DNA of 25,776 nt from Deltaproteobacteria bacterium (GCA_038150265.1 JAYOTF010000042.1:1-25776), one strand, 5' to 3'. Positions 9,650 through 19,162 are shown, counted from the first letter of the stretch. Numbers and translations are program-made. Notes: a model not told the origin generated them from the sequence alone.

Positions 9650-10749
9650 AGCAACGGACGCAGCGCCGGAGCCCAGCCTCCGGAGCCTTCCCCAAGCCAG
9701 GTCAGGACCTCCGGATGCGGAAGGCGAACCTCAGGCCAGCGATCAGGAAGCTCGACCTGGGCACGGTGCACCGCAAAGCCCGGGGTGCTGGTTTCGGCAG
9801 TCAGGTGCCGGTAGGTGTCAAAGCCACAGGCGACCGGCTCCGGAAGCAACTGGGCGGCCCAGCGGACCTGGTGGTGCAGGCCGATTCCGGACTCAAAGGC
9901 GCTGCTGAAGACCACCCGGGTTCCGGAGGCAGCAGCAGTGGCCATCAGGCGCTGCAGCTTGGCCCAGCTTCCCTGAACGGAGGGCTTGATCACCAACGCG
10001 ACCACTCCGGCAGGCAGGGGGGTGGGCACCCTTCCTCCCAGGCTCGGCCAGAGCGTTTCGTCAAGGGCCAGTGGAAGCCCGGTGGCGGCCGCGAGGGCTG
10101 CGAGCTGGGACGCGTCCTGCAGGGGCTCTTCGCAGTAGGCCACGTTTTCCGCCTGAACGCGTGTTGCAAAAGCGACCGCTTCTTCCCACGTCCACCCCCG
10201 GTTCGCATCCACCCGTAGCTCCACCTCGGCCCCCAGGGCTTCCCGGACCCACCGGACCCGCTGGGCATCTTCCCCCCCGGCGCGCCACCCGACCTTCAGC
10301 TTCACAGCAGAAAAACCGTCTTCCCGGAGGCGCACGCAGGCCTGCTGCAGGAGGCGCTGCTCCTCGGGAGCCGGCTTCCCGGAGTCGGTGAGGAGGCCGT
10401 TGAGGGGAACCTGGCGGCGCTGCTCCGGAAGGTCGGCGGTGGGGAGCCGCCCGAGTGCCTGAGCCTCAAGCATCTGCAGAGCGGTGCTGAGGCCAAACTC
10501 GACAGAAGGCGCAAGCTCCGGAGGCGGTGCCGAAGAGAAGAGCTGGAGGAACTGATCGTGACAGGACGGGAGGGACTCCTGGTGCAGTCCCGGCAGCGGA
10601 GCAACTTCGCCCCACCCGCAAGCGCCAGAAGCGTCTTCAAGGCGGAGCAGGAGTCCGGACCGGGTGGCATACTCAGACCCCAGCAGGCGCAGAGGGGTCC
10701 GGAACGGAATCTGGTACTGGTACAGCGTCCAGTGCAGCACGTCTGGCAT
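9637..10749 (-). CDS. menC: o-succinylbenzoate synthase
   Basis: GWGEVAPLPG, KLKVG, LRVDANRGW, YCEEP, ALDETL, VIKPSVQG, FSSAFESGIG; 4 nt downstream of menA. Confidence 0.88.
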   Translation of the reverse strand: MPDVLHWTLYQYQIPFRTPLRLLGSEYATRSGLLLRLEDASGACGWGEVAPLPGLHQESLPSCHDQFLQLFSSAPPPELAPSVEFGLSTALQMLEAQALGRLPTADLPEQRRQVPLNGLLTDSGKPAPEEQRLLQQACVRLREDGFSAVKLKVGWRAGGEDAQRVRWVREALGAEVELRVDANRGWTWEEAVAFATRVQAENVAYCEEPLQDASQLAALAAATGLPLALDETLWPSLGGRVPTPLPAGVVALVIKPSVQGSWAKLQRLMATAAASGTRVVFSSAFESGIGLHHQVRWAAQLLPEPVACGFDTYRHLTAETSTPGFAVHRAQVELPDRWPEVRLPHPEVLTWLGEGSGGWAPALRPLLQTG

Positions 10750-10753
10750 GAGG

Positions 10754-11707
10754 TCAGCTGAAGAGCCAGCCGAGGGAAAAGAGGGCGCTGTAGAGCAGCA
10801 ACAGCTTCCCGGTCAAGGCCAGGGTTTCATTGAGCGCCACGCCTTCGGTTCGGAGGATGACCTGACTGAGCGGCGTCCGGGCAGGAATCAGCGTCGCCAG
10901 GGCCAGCAGGGCGAGCCAGTGGGTGCCGGTTTCCAGCACCAGCAGGAGGGGCAGGAGGAAGGCGCCGCTGAGGCAAAGGACGTATTCGTACCGGGCAAAG
11001 TCCTTCCCCCAGATGACGGCAAGGGTCCGCTTTCCGGTCTTGACGTCGGTATCGGCGTCCCGGAGGTTGTTGACCGCAAGCAGAGCCGTGGCGATCAGGC
11101 CCGGACCCAACCCGGCGAGGAGGACGGTGAAGTTGACGTCATGGGCCTGCACGTAGTAGGTCCCCCCCACAGCCACTGGACCAAAGAACATCAGCACAAA
11201 GGCGTCTCCGAGTCCGTTGTAGGCCAGCGGAAAGGGACCTCCGGTGTAGCCGATGCCGGCAGCAATCGAGAGCAGGCCGATGAGGACGATGGGGAAGCCA
11301 CCTTCCACAGCGAGGTAGATGCCGACCGCAAACGCAGCGCCAAAGGTGAGCTGGTAGGCGGTCTTCATGGTCTCCGGCTGGATCCATCCGGACGCCGTGG
11401 CGCGTTTCGGACCCAGGCGCTCTTCGGTGTCGGTGCCCTTGACGAAGTCGAAGTAGTCATTCGCAAAGTTGGTGCCGACCTGGATGAGGATGGCTGCAAC
11501 GAGGGCTGCGAAGGCGACGAGGGCATTGCCAAACCCGTCTGAGAACGCCATGGCGGTGCCAATGAAGACGGGCGCCACCGCAGCGCCCAGTGTTTTCGGA
11601 CGCAGCGCCAGCCACCAGAAGACCCACTTGGGCGGCGTGGGTTGCGGAGGAGGCGGAGCCTGAGGCGCCGAAGCGGGCGGAGAGGATTGGGATGCGGATG
11701 CGGGCAT
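10754..11707 (-). CDS. menA: 1,4-dihydroxy-2-naphthoate polyprenyltransferase
   Basis: RPKTL, NFANDYFDFVKGTD, YTGGPFPLAYNGLGD, NNLRDADTDVKTGKRTLAV; start uncertain (11707 or nearby). Confidence 0.92.
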   Translation of the reverse strand: MPASASQSSPPASAPQAPPPPQPTPPKWVFWWLALRPKTLGAAVAPVFIGTAMAFSDGFGNALVAFAALVAAILIQVGTNFANDYFDFVKGTDTEERLGPKRATASGWIQPETMKTAYQLTFGAAFAVGIYLAVEGGFPIVLIGLLSIAAGIGYTGGPFPLAYNGLGDAFVLMFFGPVAVGGTYYVQAHDVNFTVLLAGLGPGLIATALLAVNNLRDADTDVKTGKRTLAVIWGKDFARYEYVLCLSGAFLLPLLLVLETGTHWLALLALATLIPARTPLSQVILRTEGVALNETLALTGKLLLLYSALFSLGWLFS

Positions 11708-11793
11708 GCTACACTCGAATGAAGAAAACAATTGGGCGTCCCGCAGGGGACGGTGTTGGGGCAGGCCCCCGGAACCTTTGCTGAGTCACTTTC

Positions 11794-12432
11794 ATGGACC
11801 TTGGTGCCCTTCGTCAGGAGTACACGCAGGCGGATCTCGATGAGTCATCGGTCGATCCAGACCCCTTCAAACAGTTTGAACACTGGTTTGAGCAAGCCGT
11901 CAAGTCGGAGTTGCTGGAGCCGAATGCGATGAGCCTGAGCACGGTGTCGCCGTCTGGGCAGCCGAGCCTCCGGACGGTGCTGCTCAAGTTCTTTGACGCC
12001 AACGGCTTCGTGTTCTTCACCAACTATACCAGCCGCAAGGCCAGGGAGCTGGAAGGCAACCCTCGGGTCGCCCTGCTCTTTCCCTGGTATGGGCTGGAGC
12101 GTCAGGTGCTGGTGGAAGGCCGTGCCGAGAAGGTCAGCACCGCAGAGTCCCTCAAGTACTTTGTGTCTCGTCCCCATGGAAGTCAACTCGGGGCCTGGGT
12201 TTCTCAGCAAAGCCGGGTCATCACCTCCCGCTCGGTGCTCGAGCTGAAGCTGGCAGAACTGAAGCGCAAGTTCACCGCCGGTGAGGTGCCGCTTCCCGAC
12301 TTCTGGGGCGGGTACCGTGTGGTGCCAGAGGCGCTGGAGTTCTGGCAGGGACGTCCGAATCGGCTGCACGACCGCATCCGCTACCGCCGGGAGCCGGAGG
12401 CCGCCTGGCTCCGGGAGCGTCTGGCGCCCTGA
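11794..12432 (+). CDS. pdxH: Pyridoxamine 5'-phosphate oxidase
   Basis: [57 protein letters not shown]. Confidence 0.95.
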   Translation: MDLGALRQEYTQADLDESSVDPDPFKQFEHWFEQAVKSELLEPNAMSLSTVSPSGQPSLRTVLLKFFDANGFVFFTNYTSRKARELEGNPRVALLFPWYGLERQVLVEGRAEKVSTAESLKYFVSRPHGSQLGAWVSQQSRVITSRSVLELKLAELKRKFTAGEVPLPDFWGGYRVVPEALEFWQGRPNRLHDRIRYRREPEAAWLRERLAP

Positions 12433-12435
12433 GGC

Positions 12436-12882
12436 TCAGGCCCAGTCCCACTTCAGGAGCAGGGCATCGCCCGGGGGGTGCCGGTAGTAATTCTTTCGCC
12501 GTCCGGTTGGCACAAACCCGTTGCGCTGGTACAGCGCCTGAGCCGCCTGGTTGGCCTCATGAACCTCGAGCCAGCAGGTCCGGCAGTGCGCCTCGCGTCC
12601 ATACGCCTGCAGCAGCAGCAGCAGCTGGCTCCCTAGCCCTTGCCTGCGGTACTCGGGGACCACGCCCAGCCGGAGGATCTCCACCTCCGGAGGCAGCTGC
12701 ATGATGGCCACAAAGCCCCAGCACGGCTCTTCCGGAGGCCCGGCGCCCCAGACGCGAAAGTGCGAGTTCTCTCCGAGCGAGTGGTAATCCTCCTCCGTCC
12801 AGCACCCTTCCCGAAAGCACAGGGCATCCAGCTGAGCCGCTTCCTGAGGCGTCAGGCGCTTCCAGTCCACCGGGGGCGTCAT
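12436..12882 (-). CDS. rimI: RimI-like GNAT N-acetyltransferase
   Basis: VVPEYRRQGLG, LEVHEANQAAQALY, GRRKNYY...DALL. Confidence 0.75.
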   Translation of the reverse strand: MTPPVDWKRLTPQEAAQLDALCFREGCWTEEDYHSLGENSHFRVWGAGPPEEPCWGFVAIMQLPPEVEILRLGVVPEYRRQGLGSQLLLLLQAYGREAHCRTCWLEVHEANQAAQALYQRNGFVPTGRRKNYYRHPPGDALLLKWDWA

Positions 12883-13535
12883 CCGAGCACGAACAGGGCA
12901 AAGGCTGGAGGCATGAGCAGGAGGCTGGGCACCTGCCAGGAGAGGGCATCGGCCTCATTGGGCGCCACCTGCACCCCCGGGTTGATGCGGAAGATGGGCA
13001 GGTGCGGACGCTGGAGCATCCGGGGGTGGTGAAGGAACACCATGTACAGGACAAAGGGCAGACAGACCACATACCTGGCGGGCTCCGGTGCGGCCAGGAA
13101 GGCGATCGTCTGAGCCAGGGTCCAGAAGAGGTCCTCCATGCTGTTGAACACCTCGCTCTGAAACCGAACCGCGGCCCACGAGCAGCACTCGGCAACCACC
13201 GTCAGCCAGAACAGCCAGGAAAACGGGGGCAGGCCCAGGTAGCGCGCCTGGTAGTGGACAAAGATCAACTCGGCGACGGTGGCCAGGGCCCGGGCGAAGA
13301 TCGGGTTGCTGAGGACGCCCGGTTGCGCCTGGGTGAGCGGAACGTAGGAGCTGGGAAAGAGGAGGCGGAGCCCGGCGTTGAGGGCAATGACGAGGGCGAC
13401 CCCGAATCCGTCTCCCGCCCACAGGGCTGCCAGGAGCGGCAGGGCACAAACGCCGAGGACCAGCTTCACGAAAGCCGCCTCCGGACGTCCGGCGCCGATG
13501 GCTTGAAAGCGGGGGTGATCCCAAATGGCGAGCAT
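12879..13535 (-). CDS. Uncharacterised polytopic membrane protein
   Basis: 218 aa with several hydrophobic segments; stop overlaps the rimI start (ATGA), suggesting translational coupling. Confidence 0.7.
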   Translation of the reverse strand: MLAIWDHPRFQAIGAGRPEAAFVKLVLGVCALPLLAALWAGDGFGVALVIALNAGLRLLFPSSYVPLTQAQPGVLSNPIFARALATVAELIFVHYQARYLGLPPFSWLFWLTVVAECCSWAAVRFQSEVFNSMEDLFWTLAQTIAFLAAPEPARYVVCLPFVLYMVFLHHPRMLQRPHLPIFRINPGVQVAPNEADALSWQVPSLLLMPPAFALFVLG

Positions 13536-13621
13536 GGTGTCTGCATCAATGAAAAGGGTTTGAAGGAAGCAACAGCGTACGCGATTCCGGGCCCTCTTGC
13601 CAAGGGGATTCCAGAAAAAAC

Positions 13622-13650
13622 TTGAGCCCTCCGGAAAAACCCTCTATAAA
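13622..13650 (+). promoter_or_regulatory. Sigma70 promoter of the rpsB-tsf operon
   Basis: TTGAGC-N17-TATAAA preceded by an A-tract, ~150 nt upstream of rpsB. Confidence 0.7.
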
Positions 13651-13801
13651 AATCAGTTTGTCATGAACTTGGGAAATCCCCAAACCTGATCCCTGTGTCC
13701 GCCTTGCCGGAACCAAGGTTCTTCAGTGATCAGTTCACCTGGTACACGACCGTTCTGCTGTTCCCCAGAACATCCCCTCAAGCCTGATACGGAGTTTGAC
13801 G

Positions 13802-14557
13802 ATGGCTGTCATTTCAATGAAACAGTTTTTGGAAGCGGGCGCCCACTTTGGTCACCAGACCAAGCGCTGGAACCCCAAAATGTCCCCCTACATCTATGGC
13901 GCCAAAGCCGGCATCCATGTGATTGACCTGCGGCTGACGCTGGCCCGCCTCAAGGAAGCCTATGAGTACGTCAAGGCGGCCTCGGCTCAGGGCAAGTCGG
14001 TGATGTTTGTGGGCACCAAGCCCCAGCTCCAACGCATCGTCAAGGAAGAAGCCGACCGCTGTGGAAGCAACTACATCAACTTCCGCTGGCTCGGTGGCAT
14101 GCTGACCAACTTCAGCACCGTCAAGCAGTCCATCTCCCGCCTGCACGAGTACGATGAGCTCGCCGGTCCGGAGCAAACCTACGAAGGGTTGCTGAAGAAG
14201 GAAGCCCTCCGGATTGAGCGCAAGCGCGAGAAGCTGGAGCGTTCTCTGGGCGGGGTGAAGAGCATGCGCTCCATTCCGGACATCCTCTTTGTGATTGATG
14301 CGAAGAAGGAGCACCTGGCGGTCAAGGAAGCCCGACGCCTGGGCATCCCGATTGTGGGCATTGCCGATACCAACTGTGACCCGACCGAGTTGGACATTGC
14401 CATTCCGGGGAACGACGACTCTCCCCGCGCCGTGGGCATCTTTGCCGGCGTGATTGCTTCAGCCATCCTTGAGGGACGGGCTCAGCGTGACGGCGCCTCC
14501 GGTTTGAAGGCCGCCCCGAAGGCCGAGGCTCCAGAAGCCGCCAGCTCCAACGAGTAA
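13802..14557 (+). CDS. rpsB: 30S ribosomal protein S2
   Basis: LEAGAHFGHQTKRWNPKM, RWLGGMLTNF, DTNCDP, IPGNDD; GGAG RBS at 13791-13794. Confidence 0.98.
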   Translation: MAVISMKQFLEAGAHFGHQTKRWNPKMSPYIYGAKAGIHVIDLRLTLARLKEAYEYVKAASAQGKSVMFVGTKPQLQRIVKEEADRCGSNYINFRWLGGMLTNFSTVKQSISRLHEYDELAGPEQTYEGLLKKEALRIERKREKLERSLGGVKSMRSIPDILFVIDAKKEHLAVKEARRLGIPIVGIADTNCDPTELDIAIPGNDDSPRAVGIFAGVIASAILEGRAQRDGASGLKAAPKAEAPEAASSNE

Positions 14558-14669
14558 CCCCCGTTTTTCACCTCAGCTGCCCGGTACCGTCCGGGCGTTT
14601 GCTTCCGGAAGCGCCTGCCCCTGCAGCCTTCCGGATTCCCTCAACTTACCTTAATGACACCAGAATAAA

Positions 14670-15518
14670 ATGGCAGAGATTACCGCAGCCGCAGTGAAGG
14701 AACTGCGCGAAATCACCGGTGTGGCAATGATGGACTGCAAGAAGGCCCTGGTCGAGTGCGACGGGGACCTGGAAGCCGCCAAGGAGCTCCTGCGCAAGAA
14801 GGGACAGGCCAAGGCGCTGAAGAAGTCCTCTCGGGAAACCACCGAAGGCGCCGTCTATGCAGCCCTCTCCGCAGATCAGCGCCAGGGCGCCCTGATTCGC
14901 CTTTCCTGCGAAACCGACTTTGTGGCCCGCAACGACAAGTTTCAGGAGCTCGTCAAGCAGCTCGCCGAGCACGTCCTGGCCAACGGTGACGAGAACGTCC
15001 TGGAGCAGTCCATGGGCTCCGGAACCGTTCAGGACCTGATCACCTCGAAGATTGCCGAGCTGGGAGAAAACATGCAGCTCATGGACGCAAAGAAGGTGTC
15101 GGTGCAGAATGGCGCCATCGGGAGCTACATTCACATGACCGGCAAGGTGGGGGTGATGGTGCCGCTGGATACCGATCAGCCCTGCAGTGACGCCTCCTTG
15201 AGCACCACGGCGCGGGACATTGCCATGCACATTGCCGCGACTCCGTCCGAAGCCGTCCGGGCCGATCAGGTGGATCAGTCTGCCATTGAGAAGGAGCGCG
15301 AGGTCTTTGCGGCTCAGGCGCGTGAGTCTGGAAAGCCGGAGGAGATCATTGAGAAGATGATCGGCGGACGTGTCCAGAAGTTCCTCAAGGAAGTCTGTGT
15401 GGAGACCCAACCGTTTGTGAAGGATCCGCAGGTGACGGTGGGCGGTCTGGTGCAGCAGCGCGCCAAGGAGCTGGGGGTGACGATTACCTTTGATCAATTC
15501 GTCAAGTACCAGTTCTGA
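14670..15518 (+). CDS. tsf: Elongation factor Ts
   Basis: VKELREITGVAMMDCKKAL, CETDFVARN, IAMHIAA. Confidence 0.98.
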   Translation: MAEITAAAVKELREITGVAMMDCKKALVECDGDLEAAKELLRKKGQAKALKKSSRETTEGAVYAALSADQRQGALIRLSCETDFVARNDKFQELVKQLAEHVLANGDENVLEQSMGSGTVQDLITSKIAELGENMQLMDAKKVSVQNGAIGSYIHMTGKVGVMVPLDTDQPCSDASLSTTARDIAMHIAATPSEAVRADQVDQSAIEKEREVFAAQARESGKPEEIIEKMIGGRVQKFLKEVCVETQPFVKDPQVTVGGLVQQRAKELGVTITFDQFVKYQF

Positions 15519-15519
15519 C

Positions 15520-16236
15520 ATGACCGCTGAACCTCGTTACCAACGCATCCTGCTCAAGCTCAGTGGCGAAACGCTGGGCGGAGCCAAGGGGCATGGGTTT
15601 GACTACGAGACCATCCGCCGCATTGCCGACCACGTCATCGCCGTCCATGAGCTGGGCGTGGAGATTGGGGTGGTCGTCGGTGGAGGGAACATCTTCCGGG
15701 GCGCCAGCAGCACGCAGGGCCACATTGGTCGGGTTCCGGGAGACCACATGGGGATGCTGGCAACCGTCATCAACAGCATCTGCCTGCAGGAGATCATCGA
15801 GCAGCGCGGCATTCCCACTCGGGTCCTCTCTGCTGTGGAACTCAATGCCATTGCCGAGCCCTACATCAAGCGTCGGGCCGACCGGCACCTGGAAAAGAAG
15901 CGGGTGGTGATCTTTGCGGGGGGGACCGGCAACCCCTTCTTCACCACCGACACGGCAGCGGTGCTGCGGGCCTCCGAAATCGGAGCTGAGGTCGTCATCA
16001 AGGCGACCAAGACGGATGGAGTCTATGACAGCGACCCGCACCAAAACCCCCAGGCCGTCCGCTACGAAGCCCTGGATTACGACTCCGTGCTGAGCCGGAA
16101 CCTCAAGGTGATGGACGCCACGGCCATTGCGTTCTGCAAGGACAACCAACTCCCGATTCTGGTCCTCGACATCCACACCCCAGACGCGGTCGTCAATGCC
16201 GTCTGTGGCCAGCCTGTAGGAACCCTCATCAACTGA
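15520..16236 (+). CDS. pyrH: UMP kinase
   Basis: RILLKLSGE, VVGGGNIFRG, DHMGMLATVIN, GTGNPFFTTD. Confidence 0.97.
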   Translation: MTAEPRYQRILLKLSGETLGGAKGHGFDYETIRRIADHVIAVHELGVEIGVVVGGGNIFRGASSTQGHIGRVPGDHMGMLATVINSICLQEIIEQRGIPTRVLSAVELNAIAEPYIKRRADRHLEKKRVVIFAGGTGNPFFTTDTAAVLRASEIGAEVVIKATKTDGVYDSDPHQNPQAVRYEALDYDSVLSRNLKVMDATAIAFCKDNQLPILVLDIHTPDAVVNAVCGQPVGTLIN

Positions 16237-16242
16237 AAGACC

Positions 16243-16812
16243 ATGCATCCGGAAACCATTGAAGAAGTTCATGAAACCGTCCAGCACAAGATGGACTCGA
16301 CCCTGGAGAACCTGCGCCGTGACCTGGGGGGCATCCACGCCGGGCGAGTGACGCCGTCCATTCTGGATACCGTCAAGGTGGACTACTACGGCACCCCGAC
16401 CCCCATCACGCAGGTGGCCAACGTTTCGACGCCCGAGCCCCAGATGCTGGTGGTCAGTCCGTGGGAAAAGAGCATGCTCAAGGAGATTGAGCGGGCGCTG
16501 CAAGGCGCCAACCTGGGCATGAGCCTCTCCAACGATGGCAACATCATCCGGGCCTCCATGCCGCCCCTGACGGAAGAGCGCCGCAAGGAGCGCGTCAAGC
16601 AGGTCAAGAAGCTGGCAGAAGACGCCAAGATTGCCGTCCGGAACGTCCGACGGGACGGAAACGACATGCTGAAGAAGATGGAGAAGGACAAGCTGATCTC
16701 CCAGGATGAGGAGAAGGCGGCGCAAGCCAAGGTGCAGTCGGTGACAGATGACCATGTGGCCAAGGTGGACACCATGGTGGCCGACAAGGAACAGGAGCTG
16801 ATGAACGACTAG
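16243..16812 (+). CDS. frr: Ribosome recycling factor
   Basis: VKVDYYGTPTPI, PPLTEERRKE, KIAVRNVRRD. Confidence 0.97.
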   Translation: MHPETIEEVHETVQHKMDSTLENLRRDLGGIHAGRVTPSILDTVKVDYYGTPTPITQVANVSTPEPQMLVVSPWEKSMLKEIERALQGANLGMSLSNDGNIIRASMPPLTEERRKERVKQVKKLAEDAKIAVRNVRRDGNDMLKKMEKDKLISQDEEKAAQAKVQSVTDDHVAKVDTMVADKEQELMND

Positions 16813-16816
16813 GCGG

Positions 16817-18070
16817 ATGCTCGCGACGCTCCTTTACTCCATCTGGCCCTATCAGATCTTCAAGTCGGTGGTGTTCCGCAGCGGCATGACCTTCTTGACG
16901 GTGTACTGGATCGTCATCTGGGGCATGCCCTGGCTCATCCACCAGCTCCGGCACCGTGGAATGACGTCGGACTTCAAGGCGGCGACCCCTGGCGTGAAGC
17001 CCTACACGGGCGCGCCTCCCATCATGGGGGGCAGCATGCTGGTGCTGGGCATCCTGGTGGCGACCATCCTCTGGACCGACCTGAACCAGTACATTGTCGC
17101 CCTCATGGCGATCATGGTCAGCTTTGCGATCATTGGCGGCCTCGATGACTGGGCCAAGGTGGGACACCGTCGCCGGGTCGACTCCGGAGGCGCCGCCAGG
17201 AAGAGCTATGCCGAAAAGGCCGACGGCATCAGCGGACGCTTCCGGCTCGGAGCCGAATTTGCGGTCGCCTTGCTGATTGTGCTGGGCCTGTACCTGTTTG
17301 TGGACATTGACGGGCACCTCTCGGTTCCGTTTGTGCCCATGAAGACCTGGTACCCGTACCTGCCGCGGTTTGTCTTCATTCCGCTGATGGTGTTCATCAT
17401 TGTCGGAGGGGCCAATGCCGTGAACCTGACAGACGGGATGGACTCGCTGGCCACGGTGCCGCTGATCACCTGTGCGCTCTTCGTCGGGGCCGTCGCCTAT
17501 GTTGGAGGAGACGAGGAGTTTGCCACCCGCCTCCGGATTCCCCACCTGACGCATGACATCAAGGAGCTGACGATCCTGGCGGCCGGAGTCACCAGCGCCG
17601 GGTTGGCGTTCCTCAAGTTCAATGCCCCCCCTGCCCTGATCTACATGGGAGACCTGGGGGCGCTGGCACTGGGGAGCCTGGTGTCGGCCATGTTCATCTT
17701 CGTCAAGGCCGAGCTGTTCCTGCCCATCGTGGGAGGCATCTTCGTCTTTGCCGCCCTGTCCACGCTCATTCAGCGCGGATTCTTCAAGCTGGTGCTGCGG
17801 CTGAAGGGCCGCTCCGCGGCAGAGCGCTACCGCTTCTTCCTGCGGGCACCGTATCACCACCACCTGCAGCGACTCTGGACCTATTCCGACAAGCAGGATG
17901 TGACGTCTGTGTGGCTGATGCTCCTCAAGCGCATCGGCATCAATCCGGTTCCGGATGAAAACAAGTTGCTGAACCCTCATGAGGTGAACAGTCGGGTGAT
18001 CTGGCACGTTCACCTGAAGTCGATCTGGTTGTTTGTCATCACCCTCATCATCTACTTCAAAGTCCGCTAA
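16817..18070 (+). CDS. mraY: Phospho-N-acetylmuramoyl-pentapeptide transferase, divergent with insertions
   Basis: PIMGG, IGGLDDW, NAVNLTDGMDSLA, FLKFNAPPALIYMGDLGAL, APYHHH. Confidence 0.85.
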   Translation: MLATLLYSIWPYQIFKSVVFRSGMTFLTVYWIVIWGMPWLIHQLRHRGMTSDFKAATPGVKPYTGAPPIMGGSMLVLGILVATILWTDLNQYIVALMAIMVSFAIIGGLDDWAKVGHRRRVDSGGAARKSYAEKADGISGRFRLGAEFAVALLIVLGLYLFVDIDGHLSVPFVPMKTWYPYLPRFVFIPLMVFIIVGGANAVNLTDGMDSLATVPLITCALFVGAVAYVGGDEEFATRLRIPHLTHDIKELTILAAGVTSAGLAFLKFNAPPALIYMGDLGALALGSLVSAMFIFVKAELFLPIVGGIFVFAALSTLIQRGFFKLVLRLKGRSAAERYRFFLRAPYHHHLQRLWTYSDKQDVTSVWLMLLKRIGINPVPDENKLLNPHEVNSRVIWHVHLKSIWLFVITLIIYFKVR

Positions 18071-18088
18071 CCCTTTCGGAGGCTCCCT

Positions 18089-18826
18089 GTGCGTTTTGAA
18101 AACCAAACCGCGTTGATCACTGGTGCCGGACGTGGCATCGGCAAAACCATTGCCCTGCTGCTGGCCCAGGAAGGCGCAGACATCGCGTTCACCGATCTGG
18201 ATGAGGCCGTCAACGCCGAAACCCGCCAGGAGATCGAAGCCCTGGGCCGCCGGTGCCTCAGCTACCAGGCGAATGTGACCGACCCTGACGCCGTGAACAC
18301 GATGGTCGCCGACCTCCTGGAGCAGTGGGGGAAGATCGACATCCTGGTCAACAATGCCGGCATCACCCGCGACAACCTCTTCATGCGCATGAAGCCGGAG
18401 GAGTGGTCTCAGGTGATGGACGTCAACCTCAACGCCGTCTTTCACATGACGAAAGCCGTGGTCCGTCCCATGATGAAGCAGCGCGCCGGACGCATCATCA
18501 GCATCTCCTCCGTGGTGGGCTTCTCCGGAAATCCGGGACAGGTCAACTACAGCTCCACCAAGGCCGCGCTGGTGGGCTTCTCCAAGTCCCTGGCCCGCGA
18601 GGTCGGCTCCCGGGGCATCACGGTCAACCTGGTGGCGCCCGGATTCATTGAAACCGCCATGACCGACAAGCTCAACGAGGAGCAGCAGCAGCAGATCCTG
18701 CAGCAGGTCCCGCTGGGCCGCATGGGCGCTCCGGACGACATTGCCGAGGCGGTGGCCTTCCTGGCGTCGCCACAGGCGGGATACGTGACGGGCACGACGC
18801 TGCACGTCAACGGCGGGATGTTCTAA
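18089..18826 (+). CDS. fabG: 3-oxoacyl-ACP reductase
   Basis: TGAGRGIG, LVNNAGITRD, NYSSTKA, VAPGFIET; GTG start with GGAGG RBS. Confidence 0.96.
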   Translation: MRFENQTALITGAGRGIGKTIALLLAQEGADIAFTDLDEAVNAETRQEIEALGRRCLSYQANVTDPDAVNTMVADLLEQWGKIDILVNNAGITRDNLFMRMKPEEWSQVMDVNLNAVFHMTKAVVRPMMKQRAGRIISISSVVGFSGNPGQVNYSSTKAALVGFSKSLAREVGSRGITVNLVAPGFIETAMTDKLNEEQQQQILQQVPLGRMGAPDDIAEAVAFLASPQAGYVTGTTLHVNGGMF

Positions 18827-18925
18827 ACCGATTCTTCCGCAATTGAGTTTGACATTTCCGCTGTTCTGAAGGAAAAAACTCAGTTCTTGTTTTTTAACCT
18901 CAACCAAACTCAAAAAAGAGCAACT

Positions 18926-19162
18926 ATGGACGATATTCAGGCTAAAGTCATCGCAATCATTAGTGAGCAACTGGGCAAAGACGAGTCCGAAATCACCCCG
19001 GAGTCTCACTTTGTGGATGACCTGGATGCAGACTCGCTGGACACTGTGGAACTGATGATGGCTCTTGAAGAAGAGTTTGGCGTCAAGTTTGAGGATGAGG
19101 AAGCGGAGAAGATCACCACCGTGAGTTCCTCGATTGAGGCCATCAAGCAAAAGATGTCCTGA
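18926..19162 (+). CDS. acpP: Acyl carrier protein
   Basis: [20 protein letters not shown]; acidic 78 aa protein between fabG and fabF. Confidence 0.96.
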   Translation: MDDIQAKVIAIISEQLGKDESEITPESHFVDDLDADSLDTVELMMALEEEFGVKFEDEEAEKITTVSSSIEAIKQKMS

